Below, piece after piece: positions 40,880-53,092 of a DNA stretch of 64,000 bases. Position 1 is the first letter of the stretch; each line of letters begins with the position of its first letter. Source of the stretch: Eledone cirrhosa (lineage: Eukaryota); contig OZ024743.1 of NCBI GenBank assembly GCA_964016885.1, positions 240,250,001 to 240,314,000 on the forward strand. Reading direction: 5' to 3'. A program made the position numbers and the translations under genes. The notes beneath the pieces were generated by a model. That model made no database searches and had not been told where the DNA came from. It worked only from the letters and a program-made list of their open reading frames with translations.

Positions 40880-43284
40880 GAACGATCGACGTTCGTCAAA
40901 TCGGACCGAGGAAACAATGTTTCCGTTGGTCTTTCCAATTGCTAATACTTTCTATCGGTCGCAACTCCAGGTAGAAGTAGCAACGTGAAATAAAGTGTCT
41001 TGCTCAAGGACATAACGCATCGCCTGGTCCAGGAATCGAACTCACAACCTTACGATTGCGGCGAATCCAATACTCTAACCACTCTCCCACACGCCTTCAT
41101 ATATATATATATATATATATATATAGGAGAGAATACATGAAAAGAACATGCTTTTCGATTCATTTGATATATATATATATCCAGGGGTGTAAATTGGAGT
41201 TACTGCAGGTTCACCCGGGAGAGCACTCGATGTTTAGGTTCACTTCTGTGATGAGGTGTAGAGCTATACAGAGTGTAATATATTGAAAGGATAACAAGGA
41301 CGATTGGTTACTCCTTCATTACATTTATTGGTAGGTGACGCGCGTTTCGCCACTGATCAGCTCAAGGTTCGATCTGTATCGATCCTACCCGACTCAATGA
41401 TCGGCAGCTCGACGGACCCTTTAAAATGCTATAAAATGCTATATTTTCTTATAGCATTTCAAAGGGTCCGTCGAGCTGCCGATCATTGAGTCGGGTAGGA
41501 TCGATACAGATCGAACCTTGAGGTGATCAGTGGCGAAACGCGCGTCACCTACCAATAAATGTAATGAAGGAGTAACCAATCGTCCTTGTTATCCTTTCAA
41601 TATATATATATATATATATATTTTATAGAAGGAGCTTCTACAGGACTAGTACTGTTTCATTCAGATGAAATCTTCAGGAAGATTTCATCTGAATGAAAAC
41701 TCCTGGATGCGACAGCAAATGCAGACTACAGAATTAACATTGAAGATGTCACCCATGTCATAAGCAGCTGTCTAAAGATGTCCTCATGGTACTATCTACT
41801 CATGTAGTGGCCAAATCATTATACAACGCAATCCGTAGAAACGATAGCCCCGACAACAAACATATTAAAAGTTGCAGCAATGTAGAAGACATATACATAC
41901 ATATGAAAGATTACTGGTGGAATGTTCCAATAAAAACCTCAATAAAATGCAGGCATAACAGACCAGATATAATGATATGAGACAGGAAAAATAAGATATG
42001 CACAGTTGGGGAAGTCAGCTGCCCAGCAGATGCTAATATAATATTAAGGATTTGTGAAAAGGAGCATATTTATGCAGAACTAATGAGAAATCTGCAGATA
42101 CTCCTGTGATTATCTTGAGAAGCTGGGTTTCACAGAACCAGAACACGACTAATTAGGAAATTACAAGTACAATCCATTAATGGAACAGTAAAAATATGTA
42201 AAACATTCCAAAAATTCTGCATCTAATAACTGCATGTACACAAGTACAGATACAAAACATGTGCACATGTACACATGTAACTCAAAACATATACATCCAC
42301 ACATACAGTAACATATATACCTGTATTCACACGCATGCGTGCAGACGTGCATACATATCTACCTAGTTGATGTCTAAATTCCATAGATTTGTGTCTATGT
42401 TAGAAACCGACTCTCTCTCTCTCTCTCTATTGGTAAACATTTATAAAGTACGAAACCAGAAGAACATACATACATAAATATATACATACATACATAAATA
42501 CATACATACATACATACACAAGTTATATACTTGGATTTGTGGACAAAGAACGCAGCTCCCTAATTCATAGACTACAAATAGCTGCGATAGCTGGTACCTT
42601 CAAAATTTGCAAAACATTCTTGCGATTCAAGGGATGACAATTTCTTTTCTTTTACAACCTTGCCAACAGGAAGGTGGCCAGTCAAAAATGTACTCGAAAT
42701 TAAGAGAAAGAAAAACATACTTACATATATGTAGTTAACACTGCACCAATGTCTATATAAATATACACATATCTAATATTTAGGCATGTAAATATACCAG
42801 AAAGTACGAATTTCCCAGTAAATTAAAAACAAATGATAAACACCTTTGATCGATTTTCCGGTCAGTCAAGTCTATCCACTCTGCATTTATACAGATATAA
42901 TGTTATCGTACACCTCGCCGACTAGTTCACTTCTAATTGTATATCTTAATTACCAACACGAGCGCTACTTATATGCCAGTTAGTACGTCCATTTCAGAGT
43001 AACGCTAAGAGTGAATGGGTACATAAACCTACCAAATATATATTTCCTTGTGGTTGTTTGGATGATATAGACTCGTTCTGATGAAGGCCCAATTAGCCCC
43101 GAAAATCGATTAAAGGATTTTATGATATTACAGGGAAATTCGTATTTCCTGGCATATCTACGTGTTAGATATAAGTATATTTATATACACATTGGTGCAG
43201 GCTCAATTATCCTCTGTGTATTTATACAGATATAACATTATCGTACACTTCGGCTGCTAATGCACTTTATATACCCGGAATAAC

Positions 43285-43320
<36 letters not shown>

Positions 43321-44058
43321 GAACGATCGACGTTCGTCAAATCGGACCGAGGAAACAATGTTTCCGTTGGTCTTTCCAATTGCTAATACTTTCTATCGGT
43401 CGCAACTCCAGGTAGAAGTAGCAACGTGAAATAAAGTGTCTTGCTCAAGGACATAACGCATCGCCTGGTCCAGGAATCGAACTCACAACCTTACGATTGC
43501 GGCGAATCCAATACTCTAACCACTCTCCCACACGCCTTCATATATATATATATATATATATATAGGAGAGAATACATGAAAAGAACATGCTTTTCGATTC
43601 ATTTGATATATATATATATCCAGGGGTGTAAATTGGAGTTACTGCAGGTTCACCCGGGAGAGCACTCGATGTTTAGGTTCACTTCTGTGATGAGGTGTAG
43701 AGCTATACAGAGTGTAATATATTGAAAGGATAACAAGGACGATTGGTTACTCCTTCATTACATTTATTGGTAGGTGACGCGCGTTTCGCCACTGATCAGC
43801 TCAAGGTTCGATCTGTATCGATCCTACCCGACTCAATGATCGGCAGCTCGACGGACCCTTTAAAATGCTATAAAATGCTATATTTTCTTATAGCATTTCA
43901 AAGGGTCCGTCGAGCTGCCGATCATTGAGTCGGGTAGGATCGATACAGATCGAACCTTGAGGTGATCAGTGGCGAAACGCGCGTCACCTACCAATAAATG
44001 TAATGAAGGAGTAACCAATCGTCCTTGTTATCCTTTCAATATATATATATATATATAT

Positions 44059-44245
44059 ATTTTATAGAAGGAGCTTCTACAGGACTAGTACTGTTTCATT
44101 CAGATGAAATCTTCAGGAAGATTTCATCTGAATGAAACAGTACTAGTCCTGTAGAAGCTCCTTCTATAAAATAAAAAATGTTTACTCTGCCATGTATTGA
44201 GTACCTTACTTACTGTGGTTATCCCCGACTCAACCCGGGACCTAC

Positions 44246-44247
<2 letters not shown>
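44059..44247 (+). mobile_element. Fold-back element, family A (perfect hairpin plus tail)
   Basis: TTTTATAGAAGGAGC...GAAATCTT-CAGG-AAGATTTC...GCTCCTTCTATAAAA, then a tail with ATTGAGTACC. (TA)n on both sides. Confidence 0.85.
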
Positions 44248-44308
<61 letters not shown>

Positions 44309-44762
44309 CACATACATATGCATATATACATAATTATATTTAATTTCGTGTATAATGTATGTAGTATGTAGGTGGTATGTTTGTTTCAGTGCACATAGTA
44401 CCCAAGTTATCTGTACTTGGTGTTGTGCACACGTGTATAACATTGTGCTGTGTCAGTGTTAATAGGGCTAGAGCTCGCTTTAATTGCCAGAAAACAAAAG
44501 CCAGGTTTCTCTACATCTATAAACAACCAACAACATACACAATGAATTAGATGATTTTCTCAAGCTCCTACTTCTTCCTCTTTCCCCCTACTTCCCTTCA
44601 TCCACTACCCCTGCCACAATCTCTGCTATTCTCCGGCTTCAGACACGTTCGCACACTCATCAGAGTGTCGTCATTACTACCAATTAAACTTCGGTTAAAC
44701 GACTACTGAACATTGACCGACAAAACAGAGACATGTATCATATATATAAATATATATATATA

Positions 44763-45225
44763 TAGCGTACCCTCGGCATTCGCGGTCCCTGTTATTCGCG
44801 GAATTTATCCCTTAGAACCAGACTAATAATTGTTCGTGGGAAACACGGCATATTCGCGGAATCACAAAATAACATCTGCGATTTTTTTAATGCCTTTTTT
44901 CGTGGCAATATATATTTTTACACCATGCTTTGCACCAAAGAGTTACGGCCCTTTATGACCTGAGTTCAAATCCCGCCGAGGTGAACTTTACCTTTCATCC
45001 TTACGGGGTCGATAAAATAAAGTACCAGTAATACACTGTTTTAATTGCTGGCCTTGTGCCAAAATTAGAAACAATATATATTTTTTCACACTTTTTAACG
45101 CCAAATTATTAATAATAATATGCCGTATTTTACGTTATGTTTTGACGTTTATAGGCATTTTTATGGACCATGTCCAATATTCGCGGATTTTACTCTTCAT
45201 TGGTGAATGCCGGGAGAAAGCTGTG
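44763..45225. mobile_element. pogo/Tigger-like MITE with a nested SINE (44924-45075)
   Basis: Left end TAGCGTACCCTCGGCATTCGCGG, right end GAATGCCGGGAGAAAGCTG, repeated internal ATTCGCGG motifs, and a SINE core inside. Confidence 0.55.
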
Positions 45226-45361
45226 TGTATGTATATATATATAAATTTAGCGAGAATCGCATTTCGGCGAGTAGAAATTAGCGAAACGCAACTTCCGTAT
45301 TGTGTAGACAAGCGCTCCATGGATATGAAGATACCAGAGCTATAAACATAAGTTAAAAAGG

Positions 45362-45392
<31 letters not shown>

Positions 45393-45521
45393 TAATATAT
45401 AGTAAGAAACACAGTAAACCGTGTGTCTAAAATTACAAGGGTTGAAAAACCACATTTGTTTGAAATATTTATACTTGGAGCTTAATAGTTACAGGGATCC
45501 AATTGGAGTTTTAACTCTAAT

Positions 45522-45625
<104 letters not shown>

Positions 45626-45689
45626 ATAAACTCAAATAGTCTTTTACAATTAAATAGCTCAAAGAAAGGAATATTTCTGAGCCGTGTAA

Positions 45690-45900
45690 TACAACTGAAT
45701 ATATGATAGGGATAAACACTGATAAAAGTATACATGTGTTCGTATTGCAAATGACCAAGGTAGCTAGATTGAAAAATACTAATTAAAATAAATAATTTTT
45801 ATTTTAATTACTATTTTTCAATCTAGCTAACTTGGTCATTTGCAATGCCAACAGATGTATACTTTTATCAGTGTTTATCCCTATCATATATTCAGTTGTA
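45690..45900. repeat. ~210-bp palindrome ending in (TA)n
   Basis: TACAACTGAATATATGATAGGGATAAACAC...GTGTTTATCCCTATCATATATTCAGTTGTA. Confidence 0.9.
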
Positions 45901-45926
45901 TATAAATATATATATATATATATACA

Positions 45927-46118
45927 CACGAGGGTCGGCTGAAAGGTTTATAGGGTGATCATGATAACTTCATGGAATTGGGGTTTATTCTTCAACATAA
46001 TTCCTGGAAAGAAATAATGCAGTTATTAATAAGAGTTGAAATCAATGCATGCCTGATTTCACAGTTCTGACATTATTCGTTCACAGTCAGCCTCTGAAAT
46101 TTTCAGCCGACCCTTATA
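45927..46118. mobile_element. mariner-type MITE
   Basis: TIRs CGAGGGTCGGCTGAAAGGTTT / AAATTTTCAGCCGACCCTTA in a TA context. Confidence 0.75.
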
Positions 46119-46147
46119 TATATATATTATATATATATATATATATA

Positions 46148-46460
46148 GTTATACTTTGGGAGGGTCATGTTGCCAATAAGAAACACACGCACTTCACTCC
46201 AATTTATTATAAATTAAAAAAAAAATTATAAATTTCCGGTTGGTTGGTTGGTTGGTTCCACAACCGGACGGTTGTTCATATATTGTCAATGTTCTTTCGT
46301 CACTTTGACAATATATGAACAACAGTCCGGTTGTGGAACCAACCAACCAACCGGAAATTATAAAAAAATTTAAAATTTATAATTTAATTTATAATAAATT
46401 GGAGTGAAAGCAACTGGTGAGTGTGTTCTTATTGGCAACATGACCCTCCCAAAGTATAAC
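46148..46460. repeat. ~310-bp palindrome in (TA)n with a one-sided ~60-bp tail
   Basis: GTTATACTTTGGGAGGGTCATGTTGCCAATAAG...CTTATTGGCAACATGACCCTCCCAAAGTATAAC. Confidence 0.9.
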
Positions 46461-46519
46461 AATACCGGTTTCAACACACGTTTTCAGATAAAGAATCTTG
46501 CTAAACAAATTCAAAAACG

Positions 46520-46571
<52 letters not shown>

Positions 46572-46825
46572 ATGGACAATATCGGTATCTCCACATGCTG
46601 ATGACCCACAGGGCCGAATTGGAACCCACTTAAATGGCGAAACAATCTCCTGGTGAGTTTGTTCATGTGGGATCTTGGTATGAGGTTGGTTTCTCATTTT
46701 AATTTGTACTTTTAATTCTAATGTTTTTCCTATGCCTCTAGTAGCTTATATTCTCCTCGCGCTGGTGGTTTGAAATTCCTGTAAAGAAAAACACACTCTT
46801 CTGTGTCTTTCCCCTCTATATATTG

Positions 46826-46860
<35 letters not shown>

Positions 46861-46895
46861 TTATAAGAATCAAACTTCTGTTCAAATCATTTATA

Positions 46896-46942
46896 TGCTT
46901 ACAATTGTTTCCTCCAAACCGAGGTTTGAATTCTTCGGAGCA
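46896..46942 (-). ncRNA. Minimal type-I hammerhead variant in a PLE pLTR fragment (46860-47400)
   Basis: Minus strand: TGCT-CCGAAGA-ATTCAAAC CTCG GTTTGGAG-GAAA-CAATTG-TA-AGCA. Palindromic stem III, with a U4-to-C change in the core. Confidence 0.65.
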
Positions 46943-47419
46943 ATTTATTAATGAATGATCACATTTATGACCTCCTTTTCAACCCAAGAGACATACAGAT
47001 ACATATGCATATATTGTTGCTTGGTGGGTCGACATCCATTATAACATTTAGCATGGCAGTATACATTTAAAGATTACATTCATATCAGAAGATGATAAAA
47101 ATTAAAATTAAAGTTAAAATACAATATGAAATTAATGCGATAGGATAGTCAGAAGCAGTTAGTGTGTGCAATATTTACACGTGTGGCAAGCACGTGTGTC
47201 TTATTTATATAATATTATAGTGCGGCAGGGTGTTACATGTAATACAAGCACTTTAAGCGGGTAATCAAGAGTATTAAGGGGGTTGTACTGTTAAGAACAT
47301 AAGGTAGTAATATATTACTGCCTATCACTATTTAGGGTTTGTAAAAATATATATAACTACAAAAGGTTTTTGTATATGCATAACCATAAGTAGTATCCTT
47401 AATACTATATATATATATA

Positions 47420-50400
47420 TTTGATATATATTTTCCTTATTGAGCCCTCTTTGGATTTTAGTCTTCAATTTTATTATTATTACTATTTGGCTCCTTCGGT
47501 TGAGCACTCTACTGACTTATATTCATCATGCAGAAACAACATCTGAATATTTCCACAAAGAACATACCCGTAGCAAGCAGGAAAACATACCTAAAACTCC
47601 TGATACAGAAAACAGACGCGTTCATTAAAAGGTTGCGTTGGCGTGCCTTTTATTTCGATAATCCGCGAAAAGCAGACAACAAACAGGATAAATTTGGATT
47701 TAAAACCTATAATAACCCCCCGTGGAACCCAGCATTGCTACCCTTCGAAAATGATGTCTTGGAACTCATTAGGAATATCAAATTTCGGAATAGGAGCAAT
47801 TCCTTCCAGCAAGACCTGAAGAATAGAATTCGTTCTATTAAGGATTCTAACGCCGTGCACGTCCATTCCGACAAAACTGGCAACCTATATCAAGTGGAGC
47901 GCAGTACTTACCATCAACTACTACATAATGCTGTAACTAAGGATTACCGTAAAACTAATCGGTGCGTCATCAATGAAATCAACGATGCTGGGTTTAAAAT
48001 CACATCTGATCTCAACATCCTGGACCGGACCGAACCTCTGGACCCTATCTCTCCCCACTTTACCCTGAAGGATCACAAATCCAATTTTCCGAACAACCCC
48101 TCTATTCGGCTTATTAACCCTACGAAGTCCGATTTGGGTAGACTTAGTAAAACGATTCTTGATAGAATTATACCTGAAATTAGAAGTTTGGCCCCTCTCG
48201 CACTGTGGAACAATTCTTTCGCGGTGATTGATTGGTTCAACGGCATATGTAACAAGGAACATTGCCGTTTTATCCAATTCGACATCAACAATTACTACTC
48301 CTCCATCACTTTACCACTTCTCCTTAGAGCTATCAATTTCGATAAAACACTCACAGTGGTTAAGGATTTTGAAGTTGATGTCATCCTTAATGCCCGAAAG
48401 TCGGTGATTAATTTCGACGACTCTATTTGGATTAAAAAATCCAATAGTACCCCATTCGACGTGAGTATGGGCGCCAGTGACTCTGCGGATGTTACTGATC
48501 TTATTGGCTTTTTCCTTCTTTTCTCTATCAAGGACGAATTCCCCAACCGTGACGATGGTCTTTTGACCATGACTAAGTGCGGACCTCGTGCTTGTGACAG
48601 GTTCAGAAAAGAACTCACAGCCTTCTTTAAAGGCTTCAACCTCTCTATACAGGTTGAGGCCAATCTCTCGGTCGTTAATTACCTCGACGTTACCCTCAAT
48701 TTATTGAATGGGTTGTATTACCCGTATAGAAAGCCGAATGATACGCTTAATTACATAAGTAAGCATTCCAACCATCCTGCCAGCATAACCAAGAATCTGG
48801 TAAGAAACGTTTCGTTGAGGCTTTCCCGTCTTTCCACCAACGAGCGCATTTTCAACGACCATTCCACTTATTACAATGAAGCTCTTGCTCGAAGTGGATT
48901 TGTCGATAAGGTAGCATATACTGAGTACGAAAATAGACCTAGAAGAAATAGATCCCGTCGCATTTGTTGGTTTAACCCACCATATAATATGGAGGTGGCC
49001 ACACCATTAGCTAAGATATTTCTTTCCCTTATTACGAAGCATTTTCCCCCTACACATAAATATAGTAACATTTTTAATACAAATACTATTCAAATTTCTT
49101 ACTCTACGACTCCTAACCTTTCACATAACATCACAGCTTCAAATTTAGCTAAACTACCTAGCCGTAGGAACACGTGCAACCCTGTAGTTAGTACTAACTT
49201 TAATTGTAGGAATCGGGCTGATTGCCCCCTATCCGGGAAATGCCTCTCTAGTAACATTGTCTACAAATGTAAGGTTGTAACACCCACGTCCCGTAGGGCC
49301 TACATAGGGTTAACCGCCAATAGTTTCAAGCAGCGTCTTTACATGCATACCCATTCTTTTCGTTACCCTCTAAGAAGGAATATGACGTCACTTTCAGCTT
49401 ATATCTGGAGTCTAAAAGACAACCACACCCAATATAAGTTACACTGGGAGATCCTAACTAGGGCTAGATCGTATAACGGAAATAAAAGACCATGTGACCT
49501 CTGCGCCGCTGAGGCCCTGGAAATACTCTACGCCACAGACCACATCTTAAACAAAAAATCTGAGGCAATTTCGGCTTGTAAACATAAATTGCACAAAACT
49601 TTCCTGTATTACAGCCCCACGTTATACCCTAACGGATAGCACGATCTATACGTGGATATTTTACGTCTTGATGTGGGAGCTAAGTATATGTTTGTTTATT
49701 CCTTTACTTATTTGCATAGGTAAGTATATATTACCCGTATGTTTTGTGAAGGTATGTATACCTTCTCGTACGTATATTTGACTGTTATGGCGTATAATTT
49801 TTACATATTCTGGTATTTAGTGTTTGGCTATGTGTATACGGGAGTTTTGCGTATGCGTGAGTATGCAGGTTAGTACGTATGGTGGGTGTGTGTATATGTG
49901 TACTTCTTGTTTTAGTTGACTTACGTCTCCGAACATTCGTGTATTTATTTGTAGGTATGCGTGTGCGCTTGTTATATACGTATTTATTTATTTATATACG
50001 TTTATATAATTATTTATTTATTTGTACACAAGCATACACACACACATATTTATATGTGCGTGGTTTTGTATACCAATGGTAAGGTTTTGCGTATGCTTGT
50101 GTATGTACGTATCTGTTTGCGTGTATGTATTTATTTGTTTCTATTACTTCTGTATTGTATTTATTTACTTTGTTCTTAACTCTGTAGCGGAGATTCATTT
50201 GTTCTCCTAGTTAGAATTTTAGTCTACGACTTCTGCTTACCATTTACGTGATTTTGTCTTTGCGTGCTATTGTTCTCCACGCTCCACATATGACTTATTA
50301 TCTTCGTTTTTTCGTTCATTGCCAGGGAACGTCTCTATGCACCACCTAAGAGAACATTAATCTACGACCTCTTTTATACCATAAACGTGGTTCTGTCTTT

Positions 50401-50629
50401 GCGCGTAATTGTTTTTCACCGCTCCTATTAATGACGTATTATTCGTTTTTTCCCGTTCTTTGCCAGCGAACGTTACCACGAACCAAAGTATCGTCTTCCT
50501 GTCTTCCTCCGGTTGCAACGTTTTTTGAAATATCCAGTTCTGCGTTTACAGATTGACTTTGTTAGTTCAAAAGATCCCGTTAAGGGTGAAAGCAGCGATT
50601 CTTTGCTTAAACTTTAATCTGTTATTTTA

Positions 50630-50635
<6 letters not shown>
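47420..50635 (+). mobile_element. Penelope-like retroelement, unit-length copy between (TA)n tracts
   Basis: Short 5' leader with TTGAGCACT, then the ORF, then a ~1 kb 3' region (internal ~160-bp duplication 50255-50490) ending at AATAAA followed by (TA)n. Confidence 0.8.
47528..49639 (+). CDS. Penelope-like element polyprotein: reverse transcriptase plus C-terminal GIY-YIG endonuclease (703 aa)
   Basis: STKNIP N-terminus, SDKTGNLY, TLKDHK..IRLINP, FIQFDINNYYSSI, VSMGASDS, RDDGL, NYLDVTL, WFNPPY, NCR..CPLSGKC, IVYKC...YIGLT..FKQR..H and CDLCAAE...CKH. Confidence 0.93.
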   Translation: MQKQHLNISTKNIPVASRKTYLKLLIQKTDAFIKRLRWRAFYFDNPRKADNKQDKFGFKTYNNPPWNPALLPFENDVLELIRNIKFRNRSNSFQQDLKNRIRSIKDSNAVHVHSDKTGNLYQVERSTYHQLLHNAVTKDYRKTNRCVINEINDAGFKITSDLNILDRTEPLDPISPHFTLKDHKSNFPNNPSIRLINPTKSDLGRLSKTILDRIIPEIRSLAPLALWNNSFAVIDWFNGICNKEHCRFIQFDINNYYSSITLPLLLRAINFDKTLTVVKDFEVDVILNARKSVINFDDSIWIKKSNSTPFDVSMGASDSADVTDLIGFFLLFSIKDEFPNRDDGLLTMTKCGPRACDRFRKELTAFFKGFNLSIQVEANLSVVNYLDVTLNLLNGLYYPYRKPNDTLNYISKHSNHPASITKNLVRNVSLRLSRLSTNERIFNDHSTYYNEALARSGFVDKVAYTEYENRPRRNRSRRICWFNPPYNMEVATPLAKIFLSLITKHFPPTHKYSNIFNTNTIQISYSTTPNLSHNITASNLAKLPSRRNTCNPVVSTNFNCRNRADCPLSGKCLSSNIVYKCKVVTPTSRRAYIGLTANSFKQRLYMHTHSFRYPLRRNMTSLSAYIWSLKDNHTQYKLHWEILTRARSYNGNKRPCDLCAAEALEILYATDHILNKKSEAISACKHKLHKTFLYYSPTLYPNG

Positions 50636-50680
<45 letters not shown>

Positions 50681-50826
50681 TTTTGAGTTTATGTTGGTTG
50701 TATACCAACACATCAGTATGCAGGCTGGAGCACTCGACGAAGTGCGCAGGTTGGTTTGGTTACTCCGGAGTAGTGTAAAATAAAGTTAAATAAAAGTCAA
50801 ATGATTAAAATTTAGCTTCGTTTATT

Positions 50827-50881
50827 ACTGCTATATATATTTCAGTGACAGCCATCTTTGGCTGTGACCTCTTCAGGCAGT
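50827..50881 (-). ncRNA. Type-I hammerhead ribozyme (left pLTR)
   Basis: Exact reverse complement of 54279-54333. Confidence 0.85.
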
Positions 50882-51901
50882 TTGAATTAGTATGGTATAG
50901 ACAAGTACATATGTTGTTTAGGTGTATGATATTGTCAATACTCTGATATGCCCAGTTCCTTGCTGGGTTGTTAATTCACTGGGGAACTGGAGTCATATGA
51001 ATTCAAACAAACGAATTTTCGTGTCACAAGTCCCCTTCTCCTCTCATTGGTCAGTTATTAGTGTTGTCATTGTTGGAGTTAGCTTAAAAATTGATAAAAT
51101 GGTAGAAGGGACAAGGTGTTGAAGGAACAAAATATCAAAAAATGTGTCAAACTTCCCATTGTTCAGTTCTGAGAGCATTCCTCAGTCAGAAGTCTATAGA
51201 ATTCTTTCTGGGGTGAGGCTCCCTGTGGTGTTTATGCCTGCTATTGTTCAGTACATTTGACCTCCACCATTATTTTGGTACTGTTGTTGTTGTAGTGGTC
51301 AGCTTATACCTTGCTGCTGCTAACAATTTAGAAGTATTCAGTTTGTGTTTTCTCTTCATCCCACCCGCCACCATCGTAGTGGTGGTGGCGGGGGGGGGGG
51401 GGTTCTTTCATGTATATGAAGAAATATAAGGCAATAAATGAAGAAAACAGAAGATAAATAAATAATATAATAAAATAAAATAATTAATATAATTTGTGTA
51501 ATTTGAAAATAAATAAATAAATAAATAGAGAATAAAGAGTAAATGAGAGATTGGTGAAAAAGTAATGATAATGTACATGGAGAAGTGAGAAATAATGTAG
51601 GATAAAGTGTGTGTGTGTGTGTGCTATAACCAATCTCAAGGTCAGAATATGTTGGATAGATTGGTATGATACAAGATGTTAAGATGAGATATTCAATGTG
51701 TTTGTGTTATAATCTATCTCAACTTAAAATAAATATAAGGTTATACAGTGAAGAGGGCAGAAAACAAATAACAAATTAATAAAGAGAAATCAAGATTTAA
51801 GATTGGAACTTTAAAGTCAGAAATCTGGTAAATCAAAAGTGTTTGTGTTATAGATGTTGGCCAGATTAGTATGGCTGTGTCCGATTCTATCTCTAGGCTA
51901 T

Positions 51902-53092
51902 ATGGCGAACCCTAACAATACAGGCAGAGCAAAATCAAATAGGCACCATGTACCAGACACCACCACACGGGCGGTGGGGACTAGTGCGCTTGACCACGAG
52001 ATGGAGCACAATATGAGTAGCAGTCTCAGGCGTGATGCTAACTACCCCAGGACGGACAACCCCAACCGCAGGACACGTGGGGAGGGAGGAAACGGGGGAC
52101 CACCCCACGATGGATCTCCCGGGGCAGACAACAACCACCCCACAAATCCGGGCCGTGAAGATAACAAAAAGTATAGAGCCCAAAAGGGAAGCAACAGTGC
52201 GGAAACCACCAGCAAACCAACAAATCTCCAACAAATCACGAAGCCCCCAACCCACACATATAGGAGGAGACACCGACAAATCACGTGGTACAACCCACCC
52301 TACTCAGCGGCCCTAAAGAAAAGCTTGGCCCGATTGTTCTTTGGAGCACTTGACAAATGCTTCCCGAGGGACCACAGATACCACAGGATCTTCAACAGAC
52401 ACACTGTGAAGCTTTCGTATTCCACCACGAGAAATTTGGCCCAACACATAGCTAGCATCAACAGAAGTAGGCTTAAAAACCACACACAACCAGAAGATGG
52501 CAATACAAACACTCAGCAGAACCATGTGAAAGGAGGGAAGGGGGGACCCAGAGCCCACCCAAGAAACACAAACAGACCCAAGGACCCCCCACCGAGCATG
52601 GGGGAAGACCAACATGTAGCACATAATGAGAACCCTAATCTAAGCACGCAGAGGCCGCCCACCCTCTGCAACTGTAGAAACCCCGAATCATGCCCCCTTG
52701 GTAATGAATGTCTCAAGAAGAACATAGTGTACGGTTGTAGGGTTAAAACCCCCAACTCCGAACACCTCTACCTAGGAGCCACATCAACGAGCTTTAAGGG
52801 CCGCTGGTACAACCATGGCCATTCATTCAAGAAGGAGGCCAAAAGGAAAAGCACAGCTCTCTCCGACCTGATCTGGAAGCTTAAGCTGGACAGGACCCCA
52901 TACTCTCTGGCCTGGTACATAATCAGGAAAGTACCACCCGATAAAGGGGGATCTTGCATATGCAAACTATGCCTGAACGAGACCCTCGAGATACTAAGAG
53001 GTGGAAGCGGCCTGATAAACCTCAGAACCGACTTCTTCGGGACATGCAGACACCTTAGAGCCGGGACCTTTCTCAAAATATATGGACAGTAG
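51902..53092 (+). CDS. RT-less PLE ORF: long disordered linker plus Zn/GIY-YIG endonuclease (396 aa from ATG 51902)
   Basis: ITWYNPPYS, IFNRHTVKLSYST, CNCRNPESCPLGNEC, IVYGC..YLGAT..FKGR..H and CKLCLNE...CRH. Homologous to the C-terminus of 47528-49639, with no RT motifs. Confidence 0.8.
   Translation: MANPNNTGRAKSNRHHVPDTTTRAVGTSALDHEMEHNMSSSLRRDANYPRTDNPNRRTRGEGGNGGPPHDGSPGADNNHPTNPGREDNKKYRAQKGSNSAETTSKPTNLQQITKPPTHTYRRRHRQITWYNPPYSAALKKSLARLFFGALDKCFPRDHRYHRIFNRHTVKLSYSTTRNLAQHIASINRSRLKNHTQPEDGNTNTQQNHVKGGKGGPRAHPRNTNRPKDPPPSMGEDQHVAHNENPNLSTQRPPTLCNCRNPESCPLGNECLKKNIVYGCRVKTPNSEHLYLGATSTSFKGRWYNHGHSFKKEAKRKSTALSDLIWKLKLDRTPYSLAWYIIRKVPPDKGGSCICKLCLNETLEILRGGSGLINLRTDFFGTCRHLRAGTFLKIYGQ

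Larger units (their letters stand above)
36816..44137. repeat. Tandem triplication, ~2.44 kb units (36816-39260, 39261-41695, 41696-~44137)
   Basis: AAAACTCCTGGATGCGACAGC recurs at 36816, 39261 and 41696. The ORF track repeats three times. Units differ by a few SNPs and (TA)n lengths. Confidence 0.97.

Noticed and set aside
46592-46650. Hammerhead at CTGATGACCCACAGGG
   Set aside because: GAAT follows stem II instead of GAAA, and there is no convincing stem I or III.
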